This document shows positions 1 through 12,262 of a DNA stretch of 64,000 bases, one piece after another; within the stretch, counting starts at the first letter, position 1; every line of letters begins with the position of its first letter. This DNA is from Tubulanus polymorphus (lineage: Eukaryota; Animalia; Nemertea): assembly GCF_964204645.1 (NCBI RefSeq), contig NC_134028.1:25602345-25666344 (forward strand), read 5' to 3'. Both the position numbers and the translations under genes were made by a program. The notes under the pieces were generated by a model. It made no database searches. It had not been told where the DNA came from and saw only the letters and a program-made list of their open reading frames with translations.

Positions 1-420
1 GGTTATCATTTTTATCAAAATCTAACCTATTTTTGGAAATCGCATATTTTTTAAAAAGTTTGCAAAAACCATTGACGAGGAAAACTCTGCTTGCGGTTAA
101 TGGCTTATCCGGGTAATGCCCTTTCATTTCTTTTGGACCCGACCTTTTTATTTCCTAGATCCCCGCCAGTGATGATATTCATTTAACCATTTTGCTTCTA
201 CTTTGCTTGAGAGAACGCGCAAATGGGTCTTGAGGGAACTCGACAAAACAATCACTAAATTTCAACTATTTATGGTTAGCTGTCTAAAATCAATACAAAG
301 AGCTGCCGTTTGAGGAAACATTTTGTGTAAAGCTCATTAACGGGAACACGTTTCATCGGCGCTTTTTTTCACGAGCAATTCAGCTTTAATTAAAACTATG
401 ACAGATTGATGTGAAGAGAA

Positions 421-631
421 CTCTCTCTTTCCTCTCATCCTCTCATCTTCCTCCCTCTCTTCTCTCTCACCTCTATCCCCCTCCCTCCCCTCTCCTCTCC
501 CCCTCCCTCTCTCCTCTTTCTCCTAACCCTCTGATCTTTCTCCCCTCTCTTACTCACCTCATTCTCTCCTCTCCCTCTTTCTCCTGCTCCCCCCTCTCTC
601 TCACCTCACTCTCCCCTCTCCCTCTCTTTCT
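421..631. repeat. Imperfect (CT)n/polypyrimidine low-complexity tract
   Basis: About 210 bp of almost only C/T just upstream of the C1q gene first exon; explains the spurious ORFs 411-788 and 554-859. Confidence 0.9.
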
Positions 632-885
632 CGATAATGCGTTGAATGGAGGTGTGTCGAAACGGAAATCTGTCACCGATTTCCACGACGATGACGATTC
701 AGACAACAATAAAATCACTGGGCAACGACGAATGACGACCAGCTCGTGTGTGTGTGTGCGCGCACGCGGTTTACAGAACAGAGTATAATCAATGCGTACA
801 TCGTGTGAATAAAATATCTTCAGAAACTTATTGAAGAATGCGATATTGACGCAGTTCACAGCGGAAATTCATTCTATACACAATC

Positions 886-3800
886 ATGATCGCAATTCAG
901 GTAGGTGATCAAATATTATATATTTCTATCAACAGAACAGTTACTATGACAACTTTTGAAAGTCATGTGACATATTAAGGGTATTTTTGATTATTGAAAA
1001 TGCACATTTCGACGCATATTAGCAATTCAGCCATCTATAGCATTTGAAATTTGCAGATGGGTTAGATGCATTTTACAGCATTCTAAAGTGGAAATTTAAA
1101 TGACAAATAATAGAAGAAAGGTCTTTAAGATTCCATGTAATAAGGCAGGAAAAAGTGTTCGTTCAGAAAAGGGCAACTCAAAACATTCAAACAGTCTTGT
1201 ACAAAGCCCACAAGAATCTGTGCCTGTGTTATGTTTTTTTTCATTATGCACTTGAAGATGATTCTTTTTTTGCATAAATGAAACGTCTTCAAGGAGAAAG
1301 TTCTTTTTTGAAAATGCTTCAAATAGGATTCGTGCCCTGCCTTAGTACAGGGAACAGAATCACAGAAAATGTTCGATTAATTTTTCTCGTCCTTCCACTT
1401 GCATAGGTATTTCAAAACCTACTGAGTTCATGCTGCAGTTACATGAGATTTCAGTAGTAAACAGGACTTTTTAACAATTTCCAAATATTATTTCTATTAA
1501 TAAAATGTTAATTTTGAAAGCGAATTAACAGCCTGCATACAATATCATTAAATTTCTGTAAAAAATTGAAAATACATTATCCCAGATATTCATCATCAAA
1601 CGAATTAGAATTTCTCTTAAATCTATGTTACTGTTGAGCATAGCGATCGGATTCCAACCGTTTTGGATCAAAACTTTTTTTGAAGAAAAAGCACTATAAA
1701 TCTAGTTTATTGTCGAGACATAACCAAAGGTATGTGGAGCAAAAATCCATCAGCGAATGAGACATTCGGACAAGACTCTGTTTTATGGGGCTTTTATCAG
1801 AAAACGTTATATCAATAATAATCAGTTAATGCACTTCTGGCGGTCATCAATCTCGATCGCGACTATGTATCGTACTTTCAAGGTTCGTCCTTCCTTCCAA
1901 TAACAACGGGTAACAATTCATGAATAAACATAACCATGATTGATTTCATCGTCGTCGTCATCGACAGCTCGAAACGGCTGAAAGTTTGTCGAAACCGAAC
2001 AAAAGACAACGTCATGAAATATTACTGTCGCTTTTCACTGTGAATTCGACGGCGAGATGAAACCTGGTTTCTATATCGCGATATTGATTACATAGACGCG
2101 CGTATTGTTGCGAAATTTACGTTAATAATTCAGTCGATTACGACAGTGAATTAGAATTCATCGGTAAATGAAATAGATAGCGGCGCAATCATAGGTGCGC
2201 AACGCTTCCGTATAAAGTGAAGCCAAAGAAATTTTAGTTCGAAACTAAAGCCGTGATTACGAGGAGACAATTTTGCCCGGATTAGGCCCAGGATTCAAGT
2301 GCCTCATTAGAGAGCGCGTTCATACATGAACCACTGGCCTGATTTGGCAACTATAAGAACAGTTTTTCCAAGCCAAATTGGCTCAGGCCAAAAATGTTCT
2401 CGTGATCCCGACTTATGTTCAGTTTGTAGCAATCAGGCTGCGACAAGTCAGCACTTTCTAAACTTTTTAAAGCACTTGCAGGATATCACCAGAAAAATTA
2501 GCACTAATCAGGACCTATCGTAAATTTTTCCAAAAGTAAATACTATTCAGAATTGGTCAGACTCAACCTGTATGGGTAGATCATAAGCGTGAGAAAAAGT
2601 GACCAATTCATACGCACAATTTCAACAACAGGGGTCAGTTGCACAGGCCGGTCTAAGACCATCTTAGTTCTAAAGCCAATCCATACGACCATTTTCTTAA
2701 GATTTAGCTGTAGCTGAAGCTGTATCTGTCCATGACATCCTGATATTTGCACGCGGCACTTATTGAACGCACACGCGGTCACTGCGTCACACAATTCATC
2801 GCGTCTTAACAAAAGTTTCTAGCCGTGGCCTCTTAATCAGGAAACGGGATAATGACAAAAGGTTCAATCAGAAAGTTAATCCTATCGCGGATTCGTAAAG
2901 AGGATTACAGCGCTTTATTTCAGCCTTGTCGACTGATTGATCTCTTCACGCGCGAGACAAAAAGCTGCAGTAGCTACTTCAACTCACAGCCACTTAAAAC
3001 ATGTGTTACACACAACTCACAATCAGCGGTCCTTAGTGCGGGCTGACCACGCATTTTCTTGACTTAATAAACTTTGAGCTGATCACCGGGGTCCAGGGTC
3101 CAGTTCCACAGTTGCGAGTTAAGATTTGACCCTGAGTTAACTCATTGAAAATGAACTAACTTTAACTCAGAGTTAACTCTAACTCAGAACTGTGGAACTG
3201 GGTCCAGTTCTACAGTTCCGAGTTAAGATTTAACTCTGAGTTCAATCATTGAAAATTAACTTACTTTAACTCAGAGTTAACTCTAACTCACAACTGTGGA
3301 ACTGGGTCCAGATATATATTCTAGAAATCAAATCGAATGATTGTCCAAAAAAAATTACTTGCGATAGCAAAAGTAAGCACTTTTTGAATTTGGTGTGAAA
3401 AGTGATAATTTTTTAAATCCGCTGATGAAATTTTCCTCGTAGTTCTAAGTTTGACTACTATCTACAGAAAACGATTCCCCCCCCCCCGAATAATATGATA
3501 TAATACGCATCCAGAAGATTTATATATCGTTATCTGAAATCTGTCCCCAGACAAAAACCTCGAATACATTCACGAGAAACTATTCAGCAGAATACCTGCA
3601 ATAAAACACTAGATTCTCAGATCACTCGCGAGAGATTAAAGCGCTCACATATCAACCTTCCTATATCGAGGGGTCGTCACTTGGCATTTACAGATAACAT
3701 CTTAACGCACCAAATGGACCTCTCAATCATAAAAATATCATGAATACTAAATGACATTTGTCAATAGTTAATCGTTAAAAGGTAATGGCCACGGATGTGA

Positions 3801-6800
3801 GGGAGAGGGAGAGTTAGAGGGAGAGGGGGAGAGGGAGGGAGAGAGGGAGGGAGATAGGGAGAGAGAGGGAGAATGGGAGAGGGAGAGAGGGGGGAGAGGG
3901 AGAAAGGGAGGGAGAAAGGGGGAGAGAGGGAGAGGAAGAGAGAGAGAGGGAGAGAGAGAGAGAGAGAGGGAGATAGGGAGAGAGGGGGCGAGAGAGAGGG
4001 AGATAGGGAGAGAGAGGTGTAGCATGTGCTAATCCTGCGGCTGCTGTAACGCGAGCATCAACATCATCCCTACAGATCCGTCATCCCTGGATATATCAGG
4101 AGTTTGACTGAAAAGATTTCAAGGAAGCTCTGCATCGCTTTCAAAGCCTAATTACTATGGACTCCTCCTAAATCGGCACTTGCATATTTTGGTAGACTGG
4201 TAATTATGTGCTTTTGTAAGCAAATCTTTATCCTATACATTACCTAAACTCAGGCCTCAAACCGCCTCATTGGGTAAAAGATTCCACGTGCCAACTAACT
4301 GTACTGATTATGGAGTAGTTTACTTACAAACAAGACAACAATTTTCAATTGCCTACTTCTCAAAATTGAAGGAGTTCCAGGCATCTTTAAAAGCATTTTC
4401 CGTTCAAAAGGAGTTTCTAAGGATTGAAGGAGTCGTAGGGACCGTGATAGAGGTCTACGTCAACGCGAGAATCAATCTCGCTCGCTCACGCACGGCGACT
4501 AGATTCGAGAAAATCTGATTAACAATCGGCCAGTCGTCGGTAACGATTTCAATCGATCGTAACCGAATTCTCGGTCGGTCGAAAATTAAACGATTCACAA
4601 TTCGACGACGCGCTTAATTTCATACATGCATAATTCATCGGGGAAACTTCGTCGCTGGTTTATATTCACTAATTGGCCGAGACGCACGTTTTTCGTACGA
4701 ACGTCGATATTTTTTTGCGACTTTGATGATCGGAATAATAAAATTCATCGACGTCTCGACGAGAGGACCGCAGCGACTTCAAAGCTAATCAGGGATGTGT
4801 TCGCATACGTCGCGATGTACCTATAAACAACAAGACATCGTCATACGCGAGAAATACGGTTCACGCAGCGTTCTGCGCGTCGAGATCAAGCGATTTCGAG
4901 AACCTTTCGTACCTAGTGAAATAATCATTAATGATATTGACGGCGTTGTCGCCTTCGGGCGCGACTCATTATTAATCACCGATTAATACGTAACGAGCAA
5001 GAATCGATCGTAAGCCGGTCGTCTGAGCGTCGCGCAAACATCACTTAAACGACTGAGTCAGATACGATAACATTTCTATCAGAAACCTGCGCGTGAAGTC
5101 ATCACAGAGGCCGATCCAGGCTGGAAGAGGGGGTTCACCTCATATATGAAGAGGGCACTTTTCAGTCAAAACGGGTGCCTAAATGTACCTATAATTTGAC
5201 AATTTAGGTACTTTTTATGCACTTTTAGAGCCTATTGGATTAAGATCAGTAAGCAGCGGATAAGAAGCCGATATCAAGCGCATTTTCAGGGCGCCTGGTC
5301 AGAAAAGGGGAAGTTGAACGAGCCTCTCGATCTGCGACTGCATTTGGGAGACGTGCGCTTTGGACGTTTGAACCCATAGTATGGGATTGTTTTCCCCAAC
5401 CCCTCTGTGAGACTGACCCTCACATCTCATCTCATGACGTCTATCACCTGAGCGCTTTTCTACTAGTTACAAGCCACTACACAAAATATGGGTCATTCAG
5501 ATTCAAATTCAACTACTGCTGAGCAGAAATTGAATTATATCAAATGAGTTTTTTAACCGACACCCTGGTGTGACCTGATCCGACTGTTTAATCCTCACAC
5601 ATGATTTACCACTAATGGCAGACGACCAACCGAGGAACACTCCTGAGAGCACGAAGAGATTATCGAGATTATGAGACGAAACGATGAATCCAACACCAGA
5701 ACATTTATCAACACCCTATAAAATACAGCAGCGAAACATACATCACATCTCTAACAGAGCATTCATTCTCAACTTACGAATCTCATCTTGGACACGAATT
5801 CAATTCAAAATTCCGCAACACAAACACATATCACAGGCGTCTGCTGCCGATAATTGGCAAGAATCATATCGTAATCAGCCTAATAAGATGTCAAATACAC
5901 AATAACAAATTGCTAGTGAAGAGCACTGCAAACTAGCTAATGATAAAACCTAGATTTAAGCTCCTCAATCATAGATATTGGCAGCTAATTAACAAGATTC
6001 ATTTCACGACGAAAAATAGATTTAGCGAAATACCCGATGACGGACGCCGGGTGCTACAGACACGTCGCCTGTTACAACAATATTTCAAAACATCGAAAAT
6101 AATTGGATATTTCTAAATATGGTAGGGCGCCCACTTTGATTTGATTTTTCTCTGACTATTACCCGACATGCCGGTGTTTTCCCCGACTTGATCTGTTAAG
6201 ACACCGTGAAACACTCTGTGGAAACTAATTTTAAACACAATCTAGCAATCTCAATCAATTTCCCAGATCTTCGGCTTTCTTTTACAAAATTCCCTCATTT
6301 CCAGGTAAGAACCCAGCCTGTACATCCTCTACCTCAAGTCCTTCTCATGGGGGCGACTTAAAGGAAATGTTTTTGCGGATTAGTTCAAACGAATGGAAAT
6401 CAAAGGAAAAATATTTTCATAATGACTCATCCTTCAAGCAGAACAATGAGAAAATTCTCTTCTAAATGCTTGGTTTCAAACATTCCAGGGTCGCTACACA
6501 CTGGCTGGATATAAGAAGTGTCCGTATCTCTTTCATATTCCAATTACTGTAGTGAACTCCTAAAACAGTTTATCTAGTTAAACTGGTGGTTTTGTAAGCA
6601 ATCATTATCCTTTACACTACTTAAAGCCCCTTTGAAAGCATTTACATAAAGTTTCCAGAGTTTTTGAGGAATGAAAGAGTCGTAGGGACCCTACATGAAA
6701 ATTAATTTTCTACGTTTTATTTCTATTTTCAGACAGGAGTTGGGTTGTTGTGCGTGCTGTGTGTTGCGACATCACAAGCCCTAGCCTTCTCTCATTCCGC

Positions 6801-8082
6801 TAACGACGTTCTGACAAACGAACGCGGCACGAACAAAATCGGAAAAGATAAATGCGAATCGGACAAATGTAAATGTTTCCAAGGACCGATGGGACAGCCG
6901 GGGAATCACGGCATGCCCGGTTTACCGGGGACGAGAGGAGATGACGGAAAACATGGTAGCAAAGGAGAGAAAGGAGAGGCCGGACCAATAGGTCCACCAG
7001 GTAAATTCACATCTTCATGATTCATGGCTGGACTGGGTTCCTATAGATCAGAGTCCATAATTCCCCAACATTTCCATCGTTCATTCTCGACCTAGATAAA
7101 AGGAGTTTTAAGAAAAAAAAATTTCAAGGAAGCGTCCGTTTGACTTCCATAAACTCCTCCTAAATCGGTACTGTTTATCATTACTGTTTACCATTAATTT
7201 TGGTGGTTTTGTAAACAAATTTTTATCCTTCGCACTACCAAAACTCAAGTTCTAATTTGGTAACAACCTACCCGGTAATTGGGTTAAGAGAAAATCCTGG
7301 TCCCAATGGAAGCAGTTTAGGCGTAATCTACTGTACAACTACAAACATTTCTAATCGTCTATTTCTTAAAATTGATGGAGTTTTAAAGGAATTCCAGGTA
7401 TTTCTGCTCGAATTAAAAGAGTTACAAGCTCCTATTAAAGCATTTTCAATTTTAAATAGTTCAAGAAATCAAGCAGTCGTTCTGTGTTCCAAACATTCGA
7501 AAACTCGTTCTTGACCGTTGAATCTTTTTCTATTCAGGTGAATTGGGTCTCGCCGGAAACCGAGGTAAGAGAGGTGTTAAGGGCGAGCGAGGAGAGCAGG
7601 GAGAACGTGGAATCATGGGAGAACGCGGCGAACCGGGATTCCCCGGTTTAGACGGACAGCGCGGCGCTAAAGGCGACCCGGGTACGAACATACTCAACAA
7701 GATCGCGTTCTCGGCGAGTCGCAGCAAGAAACTCGGACCCGTGTTACAGAACACGATCATCGTGTTCGAGAACGTGCACACGAACATCGGCGACGGTTTC
7801 GACGTCTACACGTCGCACTTCGTGTGCAGACGCAACGGAACGTACGTGTTCATCGCGCACATACTCGGCCAGGAGAAACAGGACGCAGAGGCGTGGATCG
7901 TCGTCAACAATCAACACAAAGTACCGCTACACGGCGACGCCCGCGCCGGATACGGAACCGGAAGCAACACGATCATCTTACATCTGAATCTCGACGATCA
8001 CGTTTGGATCGAACTGAGCAAGAATACGGCCATTTTTTCCGATTACACAACGTTTTCCGGTTTTCTCTTATTTCCCGATTAA
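886..8082 (+). CDS. Secreted collagen-like + C1q domain protein (C1q/TNF-related, CTRP-like); exons 886-900, 6733-7000, 7538-8082
   Basis: ATG ATC GCA ATT CAG|gtaggt (phase 0) joins ttttcag|ACA GGA GTT to give a signal peptide [23 protein letters not shown]. Gly-X-Y repeats run across a phase-1 intron (7001-7537). The C-terminal gC1q domain has [44 protein letters not shown] near 8754 and 8767. Exon 1 is an inference. Confidence 0.88.
3097..3308. mobile_element. Head-to-tail dimer of a ~108-bp palindromic MITE (GGTCCAGTTCCACAG termini)
   Basis: Terminal inverted repeats ggtccagttccacagtt...aactgtggaactgg; two copies share a terminus; near-identical copies at 16683-16790 and 16833-16940. Confidence 0.85.
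3798..4017. repeat. Imperfect (GA)n polypurine tract
   Basis: About 220 bp of almost only G/A; explains the spurious ORF 3768-4025. Confidence 0.9.
4110..4445. repeat. Degenerate copy of a dispersed repeat (related segments at ~6580-6695 and ~7120-7480; its end matches the reverse complement of the MITE at 20284)
   Basis: Shared blocks tttcaaggaagc, actcctcctaaatcgg, ttgtaagcaa(a)tc.ttatcct and gagtcgtagggacc. Confidence 0.6.
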
Positions 8083-9290
8083 ATCGAATTCCGATCGATA
8101 CCGAACACCGAGCGAGATCGTCGACCTTAACGGGGGGTGGAACTAGGAATTTTGAACAGAGACCTAAACATCCGAGGTCTTGTTGTATACAGCTACTTGG
8201 TACATGACCACGAGCGTGAAGCCTCTTACGTCCTCCCTCGAGAAAATTCAAAAAAAAAGATCATTTATTGAGCATCTAGAACGTTTCTAGAACCTGTGAC
8301 TGGCAAATGTTTGCCACTGTATGTGTAACTTTCTTAAGCCAGGTTGTGAAAATGTCATCGTGGCAGAAGAAACCCGGCCTGCTTTCCCCCACCTAGATCC
8401 ACCCCTGCTTAATCATACCTAACAAATTTTATGAAAATATTTGCATTTCAGAGCCTGAAAATCCTCTTTAAAATGAACCAATTTCACTACATATTGGAAT
8501 CAATCCAAACATCAGAATGGCAAATGAGTGAATTATTGCGCCATCAAGTGTACACCGCCGGTAGCTCAACAAGATATTAGCGAAGCAATTCTAGAAATCT
8601 CTTCTAGCAAAGCCCTGAGAATTTGTGTAAATATTGTAAATACAATCAATTCAGTACGAATAGTAGTTAAACTCTCGTGTTATAGTAATAAGTAATCTAT
8701 ATAAGTACCGTATAATAGTTTAATGCACTTATAGTACATGTCTATGTTGTAATAATAAATGTTGCAATAAAATGTCTGATCCTAAGGTCTTCGTTAATCA
8801 ATCAACTCCGTAAGTCGTATTGGACAATGTAACAAACCTTTGTGACTAACTTAGGCTACAAGATGTATATAAGTCTGATAATAAATACAACTTGGATGTG
8901 ACAGGGTGGCCTCTGGCATGCAGGTTGTTTTCCCTGACTTGAACTGATAAGAATCCAATTAATTAACACAGTCAAATATGTAAAACATAGACGGAGACTG
9001 TTTGATTTCACACGCAATCTAGCTATCTCAACAAATTTCCCTGATTATTAGCTTTTCTTGACAAAATTCCAACTTTTCAACAACAAAAAAATTCCCCATC
9101 TTTTCCTTGTTTGACCGATTCTAATTTTAATGCATTTTTCCAACGGGAAAAAATCAGACTACAACTAGCGGTAGTTATGTGATGACACAAGTTTGACTGC
9201 ATTCAGGTCTAAATCCAAGACTTCATTTTAATACTCGCCGATGACAAACAAATTGAAATATATACAACATTAAATAAACTAATCACAAAC

Positions 9291-12262
9291 CTATTTTTCG
9301 TTGGTTTCTTTTCTTTGTTTTCCGGTGGACTTTTGATCTCTTCTTTGACTTTAACCGACGATTCAGAATCTCCTTTCTTCGAGGGCTTTTTAGCGACATT
9401 TTTAGGAGCTGTTGAAACGGAAATACCGAGTAAAATTATACAACTCGAAACGCTGTTTATCGAAAAAACATCGTACTTTTTATGAAAACATTTCCACAAT
9501 TTGGAGAAGCAGTTCATTTACTCTGCCATTATGGGACTGTAAACCATCGATAATAACAATAAGCCGAGAATTGGGAAATTGTCCACCCTCGACATTTCAA
9601 TAATTTTTGAAGAAATACATCCAAAAAGACGCAAATTCCAAGAGGATGAATGCCAATTTAGGGACATTCGAATTACTTCTGTGTTGCCCTCGATGAGAAG
9701 GTAGGAATATCCAGACCTATGAGACCTCTGACCACAGTAAGTCCCTGTAGGATGAACACATATTATAATTATGCCAATTTCAATCCACACTGAATCCACA
9801 CACATGTATAAATGGCCTCTTAAACTCTTTATCCATATACATATATCAAATCAGCCAACGTATGAATCCGAGAAATATCCATCAACCCTCATGTATGTTT
9901 TACTAATCATTAAAGGTTAGTAGTGTCTCATGATGTATAGTATTCACCTGCCCTGTGATTCTCTGGTGCTAGTAGTCGTCTAGTTATATCACTACCACAC
10001 AGAAAATAACAGGACACATGTTAGAGTGAAGAATTCCCGAGCGCGGGCGTCATTGATAATACGACTGCAAACACTGGTATCATTTGGTGCTAGCAGTTCG
10101 TATCGAAACTGACGCCAGCACGCGAATGATACCAGGATCTGCAATCAACAATCTCTAATCCTTCATCGCCGAGTCTTAAATTCGCAGGAAGGTTGTTATT
10201 TTCTGTAGCGAGCCCTGGTGTCATCTGGTGCTAGACATTCCTAACACGAATCCAGCACTCGGATACTACCAGGACGCGATACGAATTATCTGCAAAAACC
10301 TGTAAGATCCACTCGCAACGAATCATCAATAAAAATAGCAATTATTTCTTGTTTTACTCACCGAAAAAACTGTTCACTGCAGCAGATTCAACTTTAGGTT
10401 CTGAAATGAAGTTAGGTCCATGTATAACTAACACAGCAGACTCGCCATCTATCACATAATTACTGAACTAATAATAATACCTAGTTTAACGCTGTCCGTT
10501 TTCACTTTTTTCTTTAAATCGACAGGATTTTCATCAGTTTCCATAACGTTCTCGGACTTTACGGCGGGGGACTCGGATTTAGGGCAGACTTCAGCGGAGT
10601 CATTCTCCTCAGCGGTATCATCAGCCAGTTTAGCGACTCCGAAACTATTATCGTGGTCGTTCTCTTCAGTTTCATCATCCGTACGACTCTTCTTTAAGGG
10701 TTGCGCCAGCGGAGAAGTGAGTTTGTCTTGTTTTCGTTTGTTAGGCGTCGGTGTACCGTAACCACAAGATTTCCTAGCTGTATGAAATCAGATTTTTTTA
10801 TTTACCAAAAACAAAGTCCAAGAGACTGATTCTGTAGCATTTGAATGGGACCAAGTGATAGGTATCTTACTGATCAGGGAACCCAAAATTCTTGAAACCT
10901 ACTAGCTAGCTGATCCCGCACACCTGATCAGATGAGGATCCCCAGTTCGAAACCTCTCACCATTTGATATTAATTTTTGATAAATACAAATTTACTCTTA
11001 AATTTTTGAAGTCACGAGATATCTTCAGTGGAGACTGATTCTGCTCAAGAGGTTCATTGTGCTGTTCATCACCAACAAGAACAAGATTTTTTTAATTCCC
11101 CCGATTTTCAAATAGAGTTAGAATTACCGAATCTGTGAGAACCTTAAGAGATATTTACCAGTTTTACGCAATGGCGGAAGAGGTGTTGAGGGAGTGTTCG
11201 GCTCAGATTTAGAGACAGGACCTTTCATTGCGGACAGCGGAGTCTTCTCCTAAGAAAAAAATTCTTCATTATGTAAACACTGAGAAAGTTATGGGTTGAC
11301 CAGTTCATTCTCCATACTTATGAATGAGATTTTAAATTTTCTATAACTTTTCCATTGCCAGAAAGAAAAACATACAACATTTCCACAAATTTCCAGGGCC
11401 TACAGGGAAAACTTCCCACTTCCCAAAACCTGCTAGAACCCTGATTTGAGATGTGAAATGAAGTTGCAGCTGATGCTGTCTGTCAGATGCGCGCATCATT
11501 AACAAGGCACATCAAAGCAGGCTGTGATATGATAGAATATGGAAACATTTCACAGCCACTGTGATGTCCATGATAATGATCAGACGATGAAGAATGTTGT
11601 TAGATGTTGATCGGGTTGATCGGGTGACGAACTCTGGTGAAGAAATTTATGTGAGAAAATGTAGGAACAATAAATCCCTGCTTTTTGTTGATCAGAAAAA
11701 CCTGTCTGAAATATCAAGGTAGCATATTAGACCTCATTAACAACAAATAAATTAATTGATTACCTGTTTTTTCGAAGAATTGTTGTCTTGTTGAGGAGTT
11801 TTGAATGGGCTTTTCGTTTTCGGTTTGGGAGTCTTAATCTCCTCGGGCTTCTCTTCGCTTTTATCATCATTTTCTTCCTCTTCATCACTACTTTCAATTA
11901 TTCGACGACTCTTTTTTTTCGAAGTCGACTTCTTCACCGGCGAGTCTAACTCAGCTCTAGGAGGGCTGGCTGCTTGTTTTGACTTGTTACTTTTCCTTAT
12001 CATAAATAAAGAGTGCGAAATTCTATGAGCAACGTGAACTACCTTAGCACTTGATACTAAGCGGTGTAAAGACAGACTACACACTTACGGTTTATCGCTC
12101 TTGTTTTCATCCAAATTACGATTTTTATCTTCTCTTTTCGGCGCAAAGAACGACCTTTAATATCAGATATATAACCAGGTCGCGTTAATAGAGCCACTTA
12201 ACCTGAAATAAGACCGAAAATCGACAATAATATCCTACTCACATAATGGATGGTTGCGCCAT
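9291..12262 (-). CDS. LIG1: DNA ligase I, N-terminal regulatory region; exons 12262-12243, 12154-12089, 11995-11764, 11249-11159, 10777-10481, 10400-10362, 9408-9291; gene continues to the left of the window
   Basis: Phase-consistent GT-AG exons translate MAQPSIMSFFAPKRE..., matching the LIG1 PIP box (human MQRSIMSFF). They also give RRIIESSDEE, PLRKTARKS (human PKRRTARKQ) and NSFFAPK...VKEE (human SSFFTPRK...VKEE), which precedes the DNA-binding domain. Confidence 0.85.
9949..10016 (-). ncRNA. pre-miRNA, miR-29 seed family; predicted mature 3p UAGCACCAGAGAAUCACAGGGC (9971-9950)
   Basis: Hairpin UGUCCUGUUAUUUUCUG...CAGAGAAUCACAGGGCA with G-U pairs on the minus strand; mature starts with U and has the AGCACCA seed. 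Confidence 0.75.
10066..10143 (-). ncRNA. pre-miRNA, miR-29 seed family; predicted mature 3p UAGCACCAAAUGAUACCAGUGU (10092-10071)
   Basis: Long stem CUGGUAUCAUUCGCGUGCUGGC / GCUAGCACCAAAUGAUACCAG with a basal extension UGCAGAU/GUUUGCA; AGCACCA seed. Confidence 0.8.
10205..10282 (-). ncRNA. pre-miRNA, miR-29 seed family; predicted mature 3p UAGCACCAGAUGACACCAGGGC (10233-10212)
   Basis: Stem GUCCUGGUAGUAUCCGAGUGCUGGA / UCUAGCACCAGAUGACACCAGGGC with a basal extension; AGCACCA seed. Confidence 0.8.
11495..11580 (-). ncRNA. mir-2: pre-miRNA, miR-2 family; mature 3p UAUCACAGCCUGCUUUGAUGUGC (11529-11507)
   Basis: Two mismatches to canonical miR-2a UAUCACAGCCAGCUUUGAUGAGC; star arm GACAUCACAGUGGCUGUGAAAUG and an extended basal stem AUCAUUA/UAAUGAU; lies in LIG1 intron 3 on the same strand as the host. 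Confidence 0.92.

Noticed and set aside
411-859. ORFs of 125 aa (+) and 101 aa (-), and similarly 3768-4025
   Set aside because: Translations of CT/GA microsatellites.
5540-5640. Possible degenerate tRNA-derived SINE head on the minus strand; isolated B-box-like GGTTCGAGTCC at ~56443
   Set aside because: No cloverleaf or convincing A/B box pair; too degenerate to call.
7824-8251. ORFs overlapping the C1q exon, and similar shadow ORFs over the SET genes, the acidic HEAT exon and the polyQ exon
   Set aside because: Alternative-frame or antisense shadows of real coding exons.
9886-9936. Possible extra miRNA hairpin next to the miR-29 triplet
   Set aside because: Only an 8-bp core stem with a large internal mismatch and no recognisable seed.
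11752-12084. Initial reading as the RFC1 N-terminus
   Set aside because: The spliced start MAQPSIMSFF, the TARK motif and NSFFAPK fit LIG1 better.
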